The translations under genes and the position numbers were made by a program. The notes below the pieces were generated by a model. The model was not told where the DNA came from. It made no database searches and was given only the letters and a program-made list of their open reading frames with translations. A stretch of DNA of 63,957 nucleotides, filler included, from Porpidia crustulata (lineage: Eukaryota), in NCBI GenBank assembly GCA_964255105.1. It is 3 parts of 3 records of this genome, joined end to end, with 100 filler letters (N's around TTAATTAATTAA, not from the genome) between each part and the next. Parts side by side here need not be neighbours in the genome. Positions count along the whole stretch, not along the records: positions 46,317 to 63,957 come from CAXUWE010000209.1; 2 more parts are not named here. One strand, written 5' to 3'. Positions 51,231 through 61,688 of this stretch are shown here, piece after piece. The first letter of the stretch is position 1. Every line of letters begins with the position of its first letter.

Positions 51231-51885
51231 GTGGCAACCTTTTAGCCGGCTGGTAATTGCGCAGATCGGGGACTGGGCAAAGATCCTTATGAAGATCCGC
51301 TGCGAGTGTAGGCGACCAAAGAACGATTTCGTGGTGCGTATGTCTGGACAAGACGTATCAAATAAGTCTCGCTGAACAAATTTATGAGTGGGCCAATTCA
51401 CCTATGAACCTCAAGGTGCTGAAACTGAGTCTGGCAAGGCCTTTCCGCTCTTGGGTTTGGTGGACTGCGGCTTCGACATCGCCAGCTGGCTTTGACCGAA
51501 CTTTGATCGCAGGCAGCTACTGATAAGCGTTGCACACATATAGGGTAGCTATCTGAGGTACATCGACAGAATCCCTTCAAGCGCCCTGCGAAAGCAGCTC
51601 GAAGGCTCAACGCTCTGAAGGCACAAGGGTAACGAAGCATCAGCCTGATCGCACACAGACCTCTACCAGAAAGACAAGAATTGTGGTCGCAACCCTTAAT
51701 CAGTCCCCTCATGCGTTGCGCTAGCACATTGAGTGGCGCCTTATTCTTTCCCAGTTCACAATTGCAAACTCAAATATACCTACCTTTGTACGAGTCCTGT
51801 TCAACTTCTGATGATTTACGAGAGACCTTTTGGGCAAACAATATGGATTGCGTACAACAATCGCTTCAACTGGCTCCCATCGTGA

Positions 51886-53428
51886 ATGGTGTCATTGCCC
51901 GCGTATGAAACGGTCTTCCGTCCTGCCGAGGCGGCGTGGCCATGGTATTTTGGCGAGTACCCAACCGTTGCAATCTTCAACGAATCCGCAACACGAGAGG
52001 TAGCTCGTCGAAGTCTCGAGTCCTGTCGCAAATGGGACGATATTTGCCAGAATCCAAGACAAGTGTTTGCGAACGCGACGAATCTAGGTGTCTGTTCGCT
52101 TTACCACAACTTAACCACAGCGATAAACGATACTACTAAGCGTACTGCGGCCATCCAGAGGACTGAGACGGTGATTCCTACCTGCCTCATCAGCTATTGC
52201 GCTCAAGAAACGTTGTGCTCTTCCTATGCAGCGACGAACTGTAACACTGCGAGCCTTATCAGCACAGACGGCCATCTCTCCAGCCGGGGCGTAGGTCGCT
52301 GTTGGCATGAGATATGCTACAAATTCAGTCCATACGTAAATCCGGACATCGGTGGCTTAGGTGTAAGACGACCCACCGGCCATTCTATGTCCCATCTATT
52401 GACAGTGCTAGATGATTATCTCCTATCTAATGCAGACAATAATCGTACTCTCGGCCTTTGTATCCTTGGGGCTTCACCATATGTACAGAAAGTATCGCTT
52501 GAAGACAAAGACGGCTTGGGACATTATACGCGACTCCTACTTCGGAATCAAGTCGGTTCATACGCTTAGGAATATGCAAGCGCCCAAAGAAGACAAAGGA
52601 CGTTTCCACTTGTGGCTCTGCTCTCTGTCCGACTTCCACAAAGCCCAGTGCTTTTACTCGATTGCCTTGCAGATTGCTTCTTTTGTTACAATTTATGGAA
52701 ACAACAAGAACCAAGCGGACGACATGTTCCTTTTACTGATTAGCGCGGACGGTATTCTCCCCGTAGCGATCGCGTTGTACACGCTGCTCTTGCTCGGACA
52801 CGCAGAGGTCTATGATATCGCTTTAGCAGGGGTTTCCACCTTGATGGCTTCCATTACAGGTTTCAGCATTCTTCTTAGTTATTCTTCCGTCACGAGTATC
52901 AACGATGCCGTTGCGCCTTTATCATGCGGGGGCCTGTCGCCGAAACAAATTTGTGACATGGATGTTCCTTTCGAAGGCAATTATAACCCCAATATCTTCT
53001 TTGCAGGGGGCGCGATTATGCTCGATATCCTTATATGTTCAATGATCTTGGGTCACTGTCTGTCTAAACTCAATATACTGGACAACCCAAGATTGCAGCC
53101 TCATTTTCGAACTGTGAGCAAAAAAGTTAGCGTGTTCGCTGTTTCGGCATTTCATCTTGTCACCGTTCTGATCTTACTTGCGTGCACTACCATCGAGCTG
53201 TTTTTTTTCGTAACACTCCTGGAGGAGGGCAATCCGTTTGTCTCACATAACTGGAGCTTTGGCCAAATTGTCGGCATCACAATCTGGTCTGCGTTTATTG
53301 CTGACCTAATAAGATGTGAAATGGGTATGTCACGATCGTCCTTTTTCCTATCGAGGTAGCGTATATCTTCTGTATGACATTGACTGATCACAGGTCTTCT
53401 TTCGCAACAAACAAAGAGGGAACAATAA
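51886..53428 (+). CDS. Uncharacterised multi-pass membrane protein with Cys-rich N-terminal domain, 3 exons
   Basis: VNPDIGGLG|MIISYLMQ (intron 52363-52411), DFHKAQCFYSIALQIA, several hydrophobic helices, WSFGQIVGITIW. A final intron after EMG gives a stop at 53426-53428. Confidence 0.85.
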
Positions 53429-53700
53429 CTAGGTTTCCATCAATGCACCCATAGCCCCATGGCAAAGGAGCAGAAGAAGTGCTAGCTGCCTTGAAAAATG
53501 TACCGTTTAGTCTTTGGACCAATAGATCTGTCGAAGGACGAAATGACGAGGACTTCGATAAAACCTCATGTGCGCGAAATCGAATTCCGAGTGCTTAAAC
53601 GTGTCATCAATGACGGGGCAGAGACCAGCAACAGAACTGATCTCAAAGAATCTATTTTTTACTCTATAGATTGTAAGAATAGTGGACCGATTTCTCACTT

Positions 53701-54641
53701 TTAAGCTAGATAAAAAAATAACCTACACGAGTCCATATCTACAATCGGTTTATTGCAATATACCCGCGCAGCGGCAACCGGATTCATAAACGACGAATGC
53801 GCCTGATACGGAGTGGAGCTCACATAATCCATATTGGTGCTCACGTAGGTGCCCGGTGGATTGCTATAGTACTGTGGATATATCCACGCAGCGAGACCGG
53901 GTGACAAAGTCAGGCTCCGCGCCTTACCGACGAGGTTCGAGGTGAAATTGGCCCCGCCGATACCCAGGCAGTACACGTCGCCCTTGAAACTGGGGAGCGA
54001 GAAAAGACACATGGTGGGGGGTGCCGGGTGGTGTGCAGGCAGGTGCACGTCTCAAGTACCCTTCTGTAATACCAGCGTCGACACTGCGAATGCAACGTCA
54101 CTGTTTGAATCTGAGGCAGTTTGGTTGGCGCCAAACACGGAGTTTGGTGTCACATTGACGCCGCTGCCGTCCGTGACTTAAGTCAAGTTCAGGGTAGTGT
54201 TCACTTCGTTGCTGAAAGATGTAAGACCGTCCAAGTCGTTCGTTTTGAAGCCAAAACTGTTTTGATAGTTGCTCTTGAATGTGTCATTTGGCAGGCAGAG
54301 CGTGTTGGCCGTAAGTCCTCTGCGCCATGCATCATCCGTGGCAGTCGCTGATCACTGTTCCAACAGCCCTCCACCACCGGCACCATTCGCGAGTTTGACG
54401 GCCCACAATGCCGCATGCTTGATGAATCACAAGCCCCCAGTACGAACGCAGAAGTATCACGGTTGGTCAAAGTATTCACACTATCAGCGATCCTGGCCCG
54501 GGTATAACTGTAGTTAGGTAACAGCGCGTCCGGTCTATCTTGAGTCAAGTTACAGCCGATAAAGATTGCTCGACCGGTCACGTTAATTGGCGGCCAGAGT
54601 ATTTCTTTCCAAGTAATTACGGAGGATCCCGTATAAGTCAA
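53701..54641 (-). pseudogene. Disrupted gene for a probably secreted Cys-containing protein
   Basis: Minus-strand frame reads VNTTLNLT*VTDGSGVNVTPN...LQKGT*DVHLP...CLFSLPSFKGDVYCLGIGGANFT...AWIYPQYY. In-frame stops and frame changes; many NxT/S sequons. Confidence 0.55.
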
Positions 54642-55157
54642 TGTATCATATGTGCAATACTATATTATTGTGCCGTCTCCGCAATATCAGACAAAGCTTC
54701 AACATCCCACGTTCATCTGTATAAATTCGCAAAAAAAAGATTGTTGCCAATCCAAACCCGCATTTCGTTCTAGTTCCTTCCCTTCTGTGGAAAAGTCGGG
54801 CAGTAAAGGTGTAGCCTTTGGGTTTCCAAAAAGCTGGCTTGAGGTAACGCGAGGCGGCGCAGAGATGGATGTATAATGAGATGAATTATGAGGATTACGC
54901 CCAACGGACGTGAACGAGGTATCGCCGAATAGATTTTTGAAAGTGCACAAGAGAATCAAGAACGTCTAGAGAGTTTTGCTGAGTATCACAGGTCGCATGG
55001 ATGCGCAGCACTTCGAAGACACGAACTCAGATCTCCATTCCCAGTATGCGACGTGTCAATGTCGAGCATGCTTTGGAACAGGTTGCGACAACCGCCATGA
55101 CGCTTCCCTCCGACAACGAATCTTCTCACCTAGTAGAAATTGGATTGTACGTATTAT

Positions 55158-56359
55158 CTACATTGTCTCTACCGTATCCGCGAGGGCGCTCAGGACATGA
55201 TCAATCCCGATTCCATGATACTCGACACCCACTGCTCTTCGTCCGTTACTCCAATATCTCAATGTGATAAGCCCTGAAACCGATTCTATGCGGCGTCTAT
55301 CGTATCTTAGACGTCTATGGGGCCCAGGGCCCTCGAATGCAGGGACTACCGGATATCTTTTCATTTTGGAAAAGATCATGTAATGACCATTGCTGTCCTG
55401 CTTGAGCCAAAACAACAGAAGATTTTGCAGATGAGGCAGGTGGCCTATCATATTTTCCAGTACTGTGGCCCACGTGCCATCATTCTGCATTGCAACATAC
55501 CGGAGACTAAGCGAACCAAGAGTTTCGCAATTGTTCAGGAGTAAAGTCATGATGTTTTCCACCGTCACATTCACTGATCTGAGCTAAGCTCTTCAAGCCT
55601 ATTAAGCTTATGCAATGAACCCAGGAGGGTTATGAAGGAAGTCCCTGCTTCATAGAATCTAAGAGACAACTTCCGGAGCCGTGGGGCCGATGCGATCAGC
55701 TGGATTACCCAATCCTCTTGATCGAAGGTCATTGCATAGTTCAGCACGAGCTCTTCGATATGCGACCATGCGGCCACGAAATCTGGCGTCTGACTCAGAG
55801 GTATTTGCAGCCGCGGTGTGTCCAGTCTTCCGTTACCATCGTGGCTACATTGAATAGTAAAGGCTCTCAATGCGAGACCAGCCTTAGCTACGACGGATAG
55901 GATGATTCCTACAGCGTCGCTGGGGATTAGGCAGTCAGTCTCATGAGGTGGTTGATACTCGTCGTAGCTGTGTATATGAAATGATCTGCACTTGAGCAGC
56001 TTTTGGGAGAGGATGTCTTGCAACAGATTAGCGCCATTGGGTCCATCTGCCAAGCACCCGGAAGTGTGGCGATGCCAGTCGAATCCTCGCCCGAGTTTGC
56101 CATCATGTTTACGCTTGATGTGTAGATACTGCACGCGGACCGCAAGGTGCTCGGATTCCGAGATGTCTTGTAGCCGTTGTAGACTTTTGCGACTGAGATC
56201 TGTCTGTACAGTAGCAAAGTTTGTGAGACCAAAGTCGCGTAGAGTCTTATCATTGAGTTCTCGACAGACAAGGCGTAGAGAGCGTAAGTCGGCGGCGTCT
56301 ATCAGCACCGTAATAATCTCAACGATCTCGATAGCTAGTGTAGGAAGTTTTGGAGACAT
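55158..56359 (-). pseudogene. F-box-like protein with LRR-like C-terminus, split by a 1-nt frameshift at ~55580
   Basis: N-terminal LPTLAIEIVEIITVLIDAADLRSLRLVCRELN. Repeats IEELVL, LRKLSL, LEELS, LGSLSL, LQNLLL. Adding one base joins the two ORFs as LEELSLRSVNVTVE; no intron signals at the break. Confidence 0.75.
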
Positions 56360-57771
56360 TCTCCCATCGTGGGGTTCTAGCAGCCAAGTAGGAATGGAAC
56401 CACCTTTGAGACTCAGAGGTGAATTAAGTCATGAGATCCGCGGGAGCTGACATTTCGAAATTGAGCTTGGTGGTTGGGAATAGGCATTGGATTTTCCAGG
56501 AGCAGTGGCCACAATAACCCATGCGGTGAATGCAACAGAAGTCCTTTTAGAAAGGGACAAGACGCCTATTCATAAGCCGCATAGCCTCCATGATCGTACA
56601 AGACCCAAGAGCTGTTCAGCCAGTGCTTGAAGAAATCATGAGCTGTTGTAGATAATTGTTGTGCTATGAGCAAAAGTGCAGGATACCGATGAAGGAGGTT
56701 CATCTAGCATCGAATGAAGTCTATCAATCGAGCTCCTAGTGTAATTCTAAGTGTTCTGGTTTTGCTATCCGTCGCTGTTATAGATCTATGCAGCTCGATC
56801 TGAACCACGATACTCTCATAAGGAAAATAGTGTTGTTTTTCTATGTGCGCCATGAGCTGATCTTTCGTGTCGTCTAATAGTCAAGGAGTTTTCTGCATCT
56901 TGCTTCTGATACCATGATACCGCGCTAGGGATGAGGATCACATGATTAGGCGAAAGGGTATGGATTATGACTGGTCGGGAAATCAAAATATTGGTACTTC
57001 TCAAGTCGCTGCAGCTCAATCTTCCACTTCGCTACAAAAACTCAGCTTGTTTTTTACACCGGAGCATGATGATGCACTGAGCACCAGCCGTATTGTTAAA
57101 GATTATGTAGAAGCTATGAGCTGCGCCTTCTTTTCCTCTCGAGTCCCAATGAGAGCTTGCTTACATGCTACGCGACGAAGCATGACTGTACCAATGGCTT
57201 GTCGTAGCGGAGCTGTCTCCGCATTCGATCTTCCTCGCCGCAAAATAGTGAGCAGAAGCAATATCGATTCAGACCATCATCCTACTATCGATAAGCCCCT
57301 TCCGCTTGTGATGTTTAGGGTGATGGGTTGATCGAAGGGCGTTGATGCTTGTGAGAGATTCTTTGGCTCGGCTGCAGAATTGAAAGACGGACGAGCTGAA
57401 GAAGTCGACCGCTCGACTAGCGACAGGTGAGACTGTACAAGTGTTGATTGACCGAGAAGATTTTTCTGAGGTCTATTCTATGTTGCTATTCACAGATTAT
57501 GTATCCTTGTTTTCGGGGCTTCTTTCTTTCTACTGATGGAATATCAAGCGAATTGAATATATATAGGCCCAGGCCTGCGTCCTGTTTGCATCCCAAGCAA
57601 AGAGTGTCTATACAATTCAGTTTACATCTCCCCCCAGCACAAACTACACACATCGTTACTATCGCAATTCCTGCGTCTTCCCAGGTTCCTGAAATCCATC
57701 CACCACATCCACCACGACCGAAACCTCCACAATCCGTACCCTTCCACCAAGTAACCAGACCACAAGCCGCC

Positions 57772-58410
57772 ATGACCATCTTACCAGCCATCCTGCTCGC
57801 AATCTCCCTTCTCCAGTTGACATTCGCCCAGAATGAAGCGACCACAGCCGTCAACATCGAAGTGGGCGCCGCAACCGTCACCCTGAAGGGCAAGTACAAT
57901 ACCAACGACGTCTTCTTCTCCATCTGGGGCCGCCGCACCGACCTCACCTTCGACGAAAACCCCGCTCCGATCAGCGACAGCGGCTGCACCATCGTCTACC
58001 ACGGCCACGGCGACATCCCCTAGTCCACCAACAACGGCATCGCCTCCACCCTCCTCGACGCCATCGCGCCGCTCGTGCTCAGCCAGACCAGCTGGACTCA
58101 ACGCGAATGCATCGAGTGGGACTTTCCTGAGAAGGGCAAGGGCATCTGTGCCAAGCGTGGCGATGTCACCCACTACGAGACCCATGTGCTGGCGCACTCC
58201 ACCATCTACGTGCGAAATATCGACACGCACAGCGATCAGGGCGAGATGACGTATCAGATCTCATGCCCGGCACCTCCAGGACTAGACTGTTCCGGGTGCA
58301 AGGCTGCGAAGCTGGGCTTGCAAATTGCGAGTGCGATCCCGGTGATCGGAGCGGCGTTTGGACTGCCGGCTGTGGAGGTCACCGCATTCTGTATGGCAGG
58401 AGGGTGCTGA
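57772..58410 (+). pseudogene. Small secreted Cys-rich protein (212 codons) with one in-frame TAG at 58021-58023
   Basis: Signal peptide MTILPAILLAISLLQLTFA. The frame continues unbroken after the TAG with the same GC3-rich codon usage to ...CSGCKAAKLGLQIASAIPVIGAAFGLPAVEVTAFCMAGGC*. Confidence 0.8.
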
Positions 58411-58941
58411 TCTCATCGCAAGATGACCAATGTCGCTGTGGATCTGTTCAATTGTCTTTCCAGGTCGTTTCTTTAGGTCTTTTTGGTACTTTCAATGTAT
58501 CCCCAGCCCGCATTCGTGCATGCTCAGTCCGCATTCGCGGGTAAATTCATGTTATTAAGTCATATCCTACGTTCTGAGCTGTAACATTATCTGAATATAA
58601 GTATCAGTTCTACATCTCGTCAACAACACTAGTTATCATAGACGCTGCATTCAATATACTTTGTTTCTTCCCACACTCAACGTCGACATGATTATTTGTA
58701 AATCTCTTTCTAGTAGATTCTTTAAATGCGTCAAGCGCTAACATTCTAAACGCGCTAGAGTAGATCCCATAAGAAGATTCAGAAGTATTAATCGTAATAT
58801 AATCGTAACATATCACACAACCACACAACTTAGTACCTATATTGAAAGAACCTACTTCATCGTGAACACCTACCAAACCCACGATTATTCTTTAATACCT
58901 TAATAATGAACTTTATATAACTCAAGTGCTGTACCTATCCA

Positions 58942-59046
58942 TACACACCCCCTAGTCCGCCGCCACGCCGATTTTGAACTCGATCCTGAAACCCTAACCC
59001 TGAGTACGGTGGCCGAGCTAGGGGTGTGGCCGAGCTAGGTAGTGTA
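58942..59046. mobile_element. ~101-bp MITE-like insertion with TA flanks
   Basis: GC-rich island in an AT-rich tract, TA|CAC...GTG|TA. The right end has two GTGGCCGAGCTAGG repeats; the left end CACACCCCCTAGTCCGCCGCCAC is an imperfect inverted copy. Confidence 0.6.
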
Positions 59047-59413
59047 TATGAGTATACCTACAACGTAAGGTAGAATCAGCCGTAAACAGACATACATACG
59101 GCTGCTACGACCATCTACCTTCAGAGGCACATGCTTACGCAGATGAGGAAGCTGGTGATCTATCCCCCAAACTACACATACAAAAGGCGAAATACTAAAA
59201 TCGTTAGACCCAGCCCCATGTGCTTCTAGGTATATCAAGGTGTTTTGATCGTAAACAACAGCTAGCCAATAGCTAACTATAATTAATTGCTATAATTTTT
59301 TTACGTTATTATAAAATTTCCAGAAATCGGTTTTATCGTTAAATTCTAGTCAATCTATTATTGGTTCTAACGCAAAGACGTTTGCAGAGTTTATATACGC
59401 CTAGAGCTTGCGC

Positions 59414-61651
59414 ATGGATAACAAGAAGATTCAAGACTCACAGGCGAGCACTTCTTTAGAAGTCTCGGACCCCCTGACCGACTGCAAGATATGCACTGAT
59501 CTGTGGCGCCGATTCTCCGACCCAAGCACCATTCACGAAATCGACCTGGTCTCTGTTGAAGCAGCATTGTCTTCGAATTGTCAAAGGCATACACCTTTGA
59601 TATCGCTCTTCAAGAACAGCAAACGACACAACCTCCACTTTATCTGGTGGCCAGGCTGGCCTGATTTTGGCATCAAGGCCGGAGGCCACGGCGAGAGCGT
59701 CAAGTTGACCAAGCTGACGTTGAGGCCATCATCAAGCGGCGGCATTTACGACTCGTGGGATCTTTTGCTGGTCAGACGGGACGGTGTGCCGGGTCACGCA
59801 GGAACGGGACATGTATTGGATCCGGATTGGGTTGATCTTGACGTCGTCAAGCGGTGGAAGGCGCGATGCCTCTCGTCCCATGGCTCGAGCTGCGAGAATC
59901 CGATGAAACTACCGCCGACCCGTCCGGCTATTCTGATTGACGTTGAGGACAAGTGTCTTGTCTCTGGGCAGAGTAGTCACGGTGGCTTCGTTGCTTTGAG
60001 TTATCGCTGGGGAAAGCATACGGAATTCAGAGTCAATGTCGACAACTTGACAATGCTCCAGAAGCGCAACGCGTTGGAACATCCATATGTCTCACCACAC
60101 TTGACCCCAATAATTCGGCATGCAATGTATCTGACCGCTGTTCTAGGCGAGCGATATCTCTGGATAGACGCGCTCTGTATTTATCATGGCGATGAAGCAG
60201 CCATGGCCCAAGAATTGAGTCTCATGGGTGCTATTTACGCAGGCGCGGTGGTCACCATTGTTGCGGCAGATGGCGATGCCCAGTATGGACTGAGAGGTTT
60301 GAAAGGAATATCTTCTCCGCGAGAAATGGAGCAACAGATTATTCCATTTGGTGAAGAGAAACTTGTTGTTCGAAACATCGGCAATGCAGGTCCTGAACCG
60401 CAGGCATATTATGAACGTGGTTGGACGTACCAGGAATATCAAATGGCACCGAGAAAACTTGTATTCGTGGATAAAGAGTTGCATTGGGAGTGTCAGCATG
60501 GCCAATGGCACGAAGAGATGACATTGGGAACCGAGTGCGATAAAGATACCGACCATCACTGGCTCGATCTGTTGGCTGGGTTCCCAGACATCAATTCGCT
60601 CGGACATATCATCAGCAATTACAACAAACGGAAACTCACCTACGCCGAAGATGCTCTTCCGGGCATCTCCGGCATGCTTTCTCTCATCAGCCGTTCATTC
60701 GACGGTGGATTCCTTTACGGTCTTCCGGAAATGTACTTCGATCGAGCCTTGACCTGGTCCCCTCACGGCAAATCAGACCTGCAACGACGAGCTCCATCCG
60801 ATCAATCCAGCAGCGGTCGAATGTTGCAATATTCCCTGCCATCTTGGTCTTGGGTCGGGTGGCAAGGAAATCTGTCTCATCGATACGCAGAAGCCACGCG
60901 GGTAAACCTTCGAAGCGAGCGCATCGAAGAAACGGTTCCGATCACGGAGTGGTACACCAGCAGTAACAAGCATGCCACTTCGTTGCGAAGAATCAGGTCG
61001 ACCTGGTATGAGAACCGCGATCGACACAAAGACTTCACCAAGCCTTTACCTGCGGGTTGGACCCGCCATGAGGATCTCAGAGAAGAGCCACGTCTGTATC
61101 CAGACGGGTGTGGTGGCTATCTCTTCCGGCACCGCAACATGACGGCAAACCCGAACAGCGAACCGGATTCGTGGTTCTATCCATTTCCAGTCACGAGCAA
61201 TCTCGAGTCCGCTCCCGTGAACACACCCGAGCAAACGCCATTTCTCTACTGCCAAACCCGGCGAGCGCATTTGCGGGCCGGTCAAACCGTACATCGCGAT
61301 CCCACAGAGACTGACATGAATTCTCTGGATATCTTGGAGGAATCCGGTCCCACCATCGGTCGGTTGCAACTGCACAACGAAAGTCAGTTGAAGAAGTTTC
61401 CGCGATCCGTGGAGGGCGATCTTCCCCGGGTGGAGGTTGAACTCGTCGCTGTGCATCGGACAAAATGGTATTGGAAGGAAAGCGGCGAGCAGCGCGAGCA
61501 GGGTGTCTCTTCTGTCGGAACCAGCGAAGTCTACAACGTTCTTTGGATCGAATGGACGGACGGCGTGGCATATCGCCTCGCAAGCGGGTGGGTGGCAAAA
61601 AGCTATTGGGAAGCATCAGACCTGGAGGATGTGTCTTTGATACTGGGTTGA
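59414..61651 (+). CDS. Heterokaryon incompatibility (HET-domain) protein, single exon
   Basis: FVALSYRWG, RYLWIDALCI, MGAIYAGAVVTIVAADG, RGWTYQE, YNKRKLTYAEDAL, PSWSWVGWQG, VLWIEWTDGVAYR. Uninterrupted ORF of about 745 aa. Confidence 0.95.
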   Translation: MDNKKIQDSQASTSLEVSDPLTDCKICTDLWRRFSDPSTIHEIDLVSVEAALSSNCQRHTPLISLFKNSKRHNLHFIWWPGWPDFGIKAGGHGESVKLTKLTLRPSSSGGIYDSWDLLLVRRDGVPGHAGTGHVLDPDWVDLDVVKRWKARCLSSHGSSCENPMKLPPTRPAILIDVEDKCLVSGQSSHGGFVALSYRWGKHTEFRVNVDNLTMLQKRNALEHPYVSPHLTPIIRHAMYLTAVLGERYLWIDALCIYHGDEAAMAQELSLMGAIYAGAVVTIVAADGDAQYGLRGLKGISSPREMEQQIIPFGEEKLVVRNIGNAGPEPQAYYERGWTYQEYQMAPRKLVFVDKELHWECQHGQWHEEMTLGTECDKDTDHHWLDLLAGFPDINSLGHIISNYNKRKLTYAEDALPGISGMLSLISRSFDGGFLYGLPEMYFDRALTWSPHGKSDLQRRAPSDQSSSGRMLQYSLPSWSWVGWQGNLSHRYAEATRVNLRSERIEETVPITEWYTSSNKHATSLRRIRSTWYENRDRHKDFTKPLPAGWTRHEDLREEPRLYPDGCGGYLFRHRNMTANPNSEPDSWFYPFPVTSNLESAPVNTPEQTPFLYCQTRRAHLRAGQTVHRDPTETDMNSLDILEESGPTIGRLQLHNESQLKKFPRSVEGDLPRVEVELVAVHRTKWYWKESGEQREQGVSSVGTSEVYNVLWIEWTDGVAYRLASGWVAKSYWEASDLEDVSLILG

Positions 61652-61669
61652 AAACTCAAGGTAGATATA

Positions 61670-61688
61670 TTGATTGATTGATTGATTG
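61670..61688. repeat. (GATT)n microsatellite
   Basis: TTGATTGATTGATTGATTG just 3' of the HET stop. Confidence 0.7.

Noticed and set aside
57448..57771. 108-aa N-terminal extension of the secreted protein in the ORF track
   Set aside because: Starts at TTG and reads like promoter/UTR; the ATG at 57772 has good context and precedes a signal peptide.
58730..58800. KRARVDPIRRFRSI resembling the C-terminus of pogo transposases
   Set aside because: Flanking residues do not fit and no DDE domain is visible; probably chance in AT-rich DNA.
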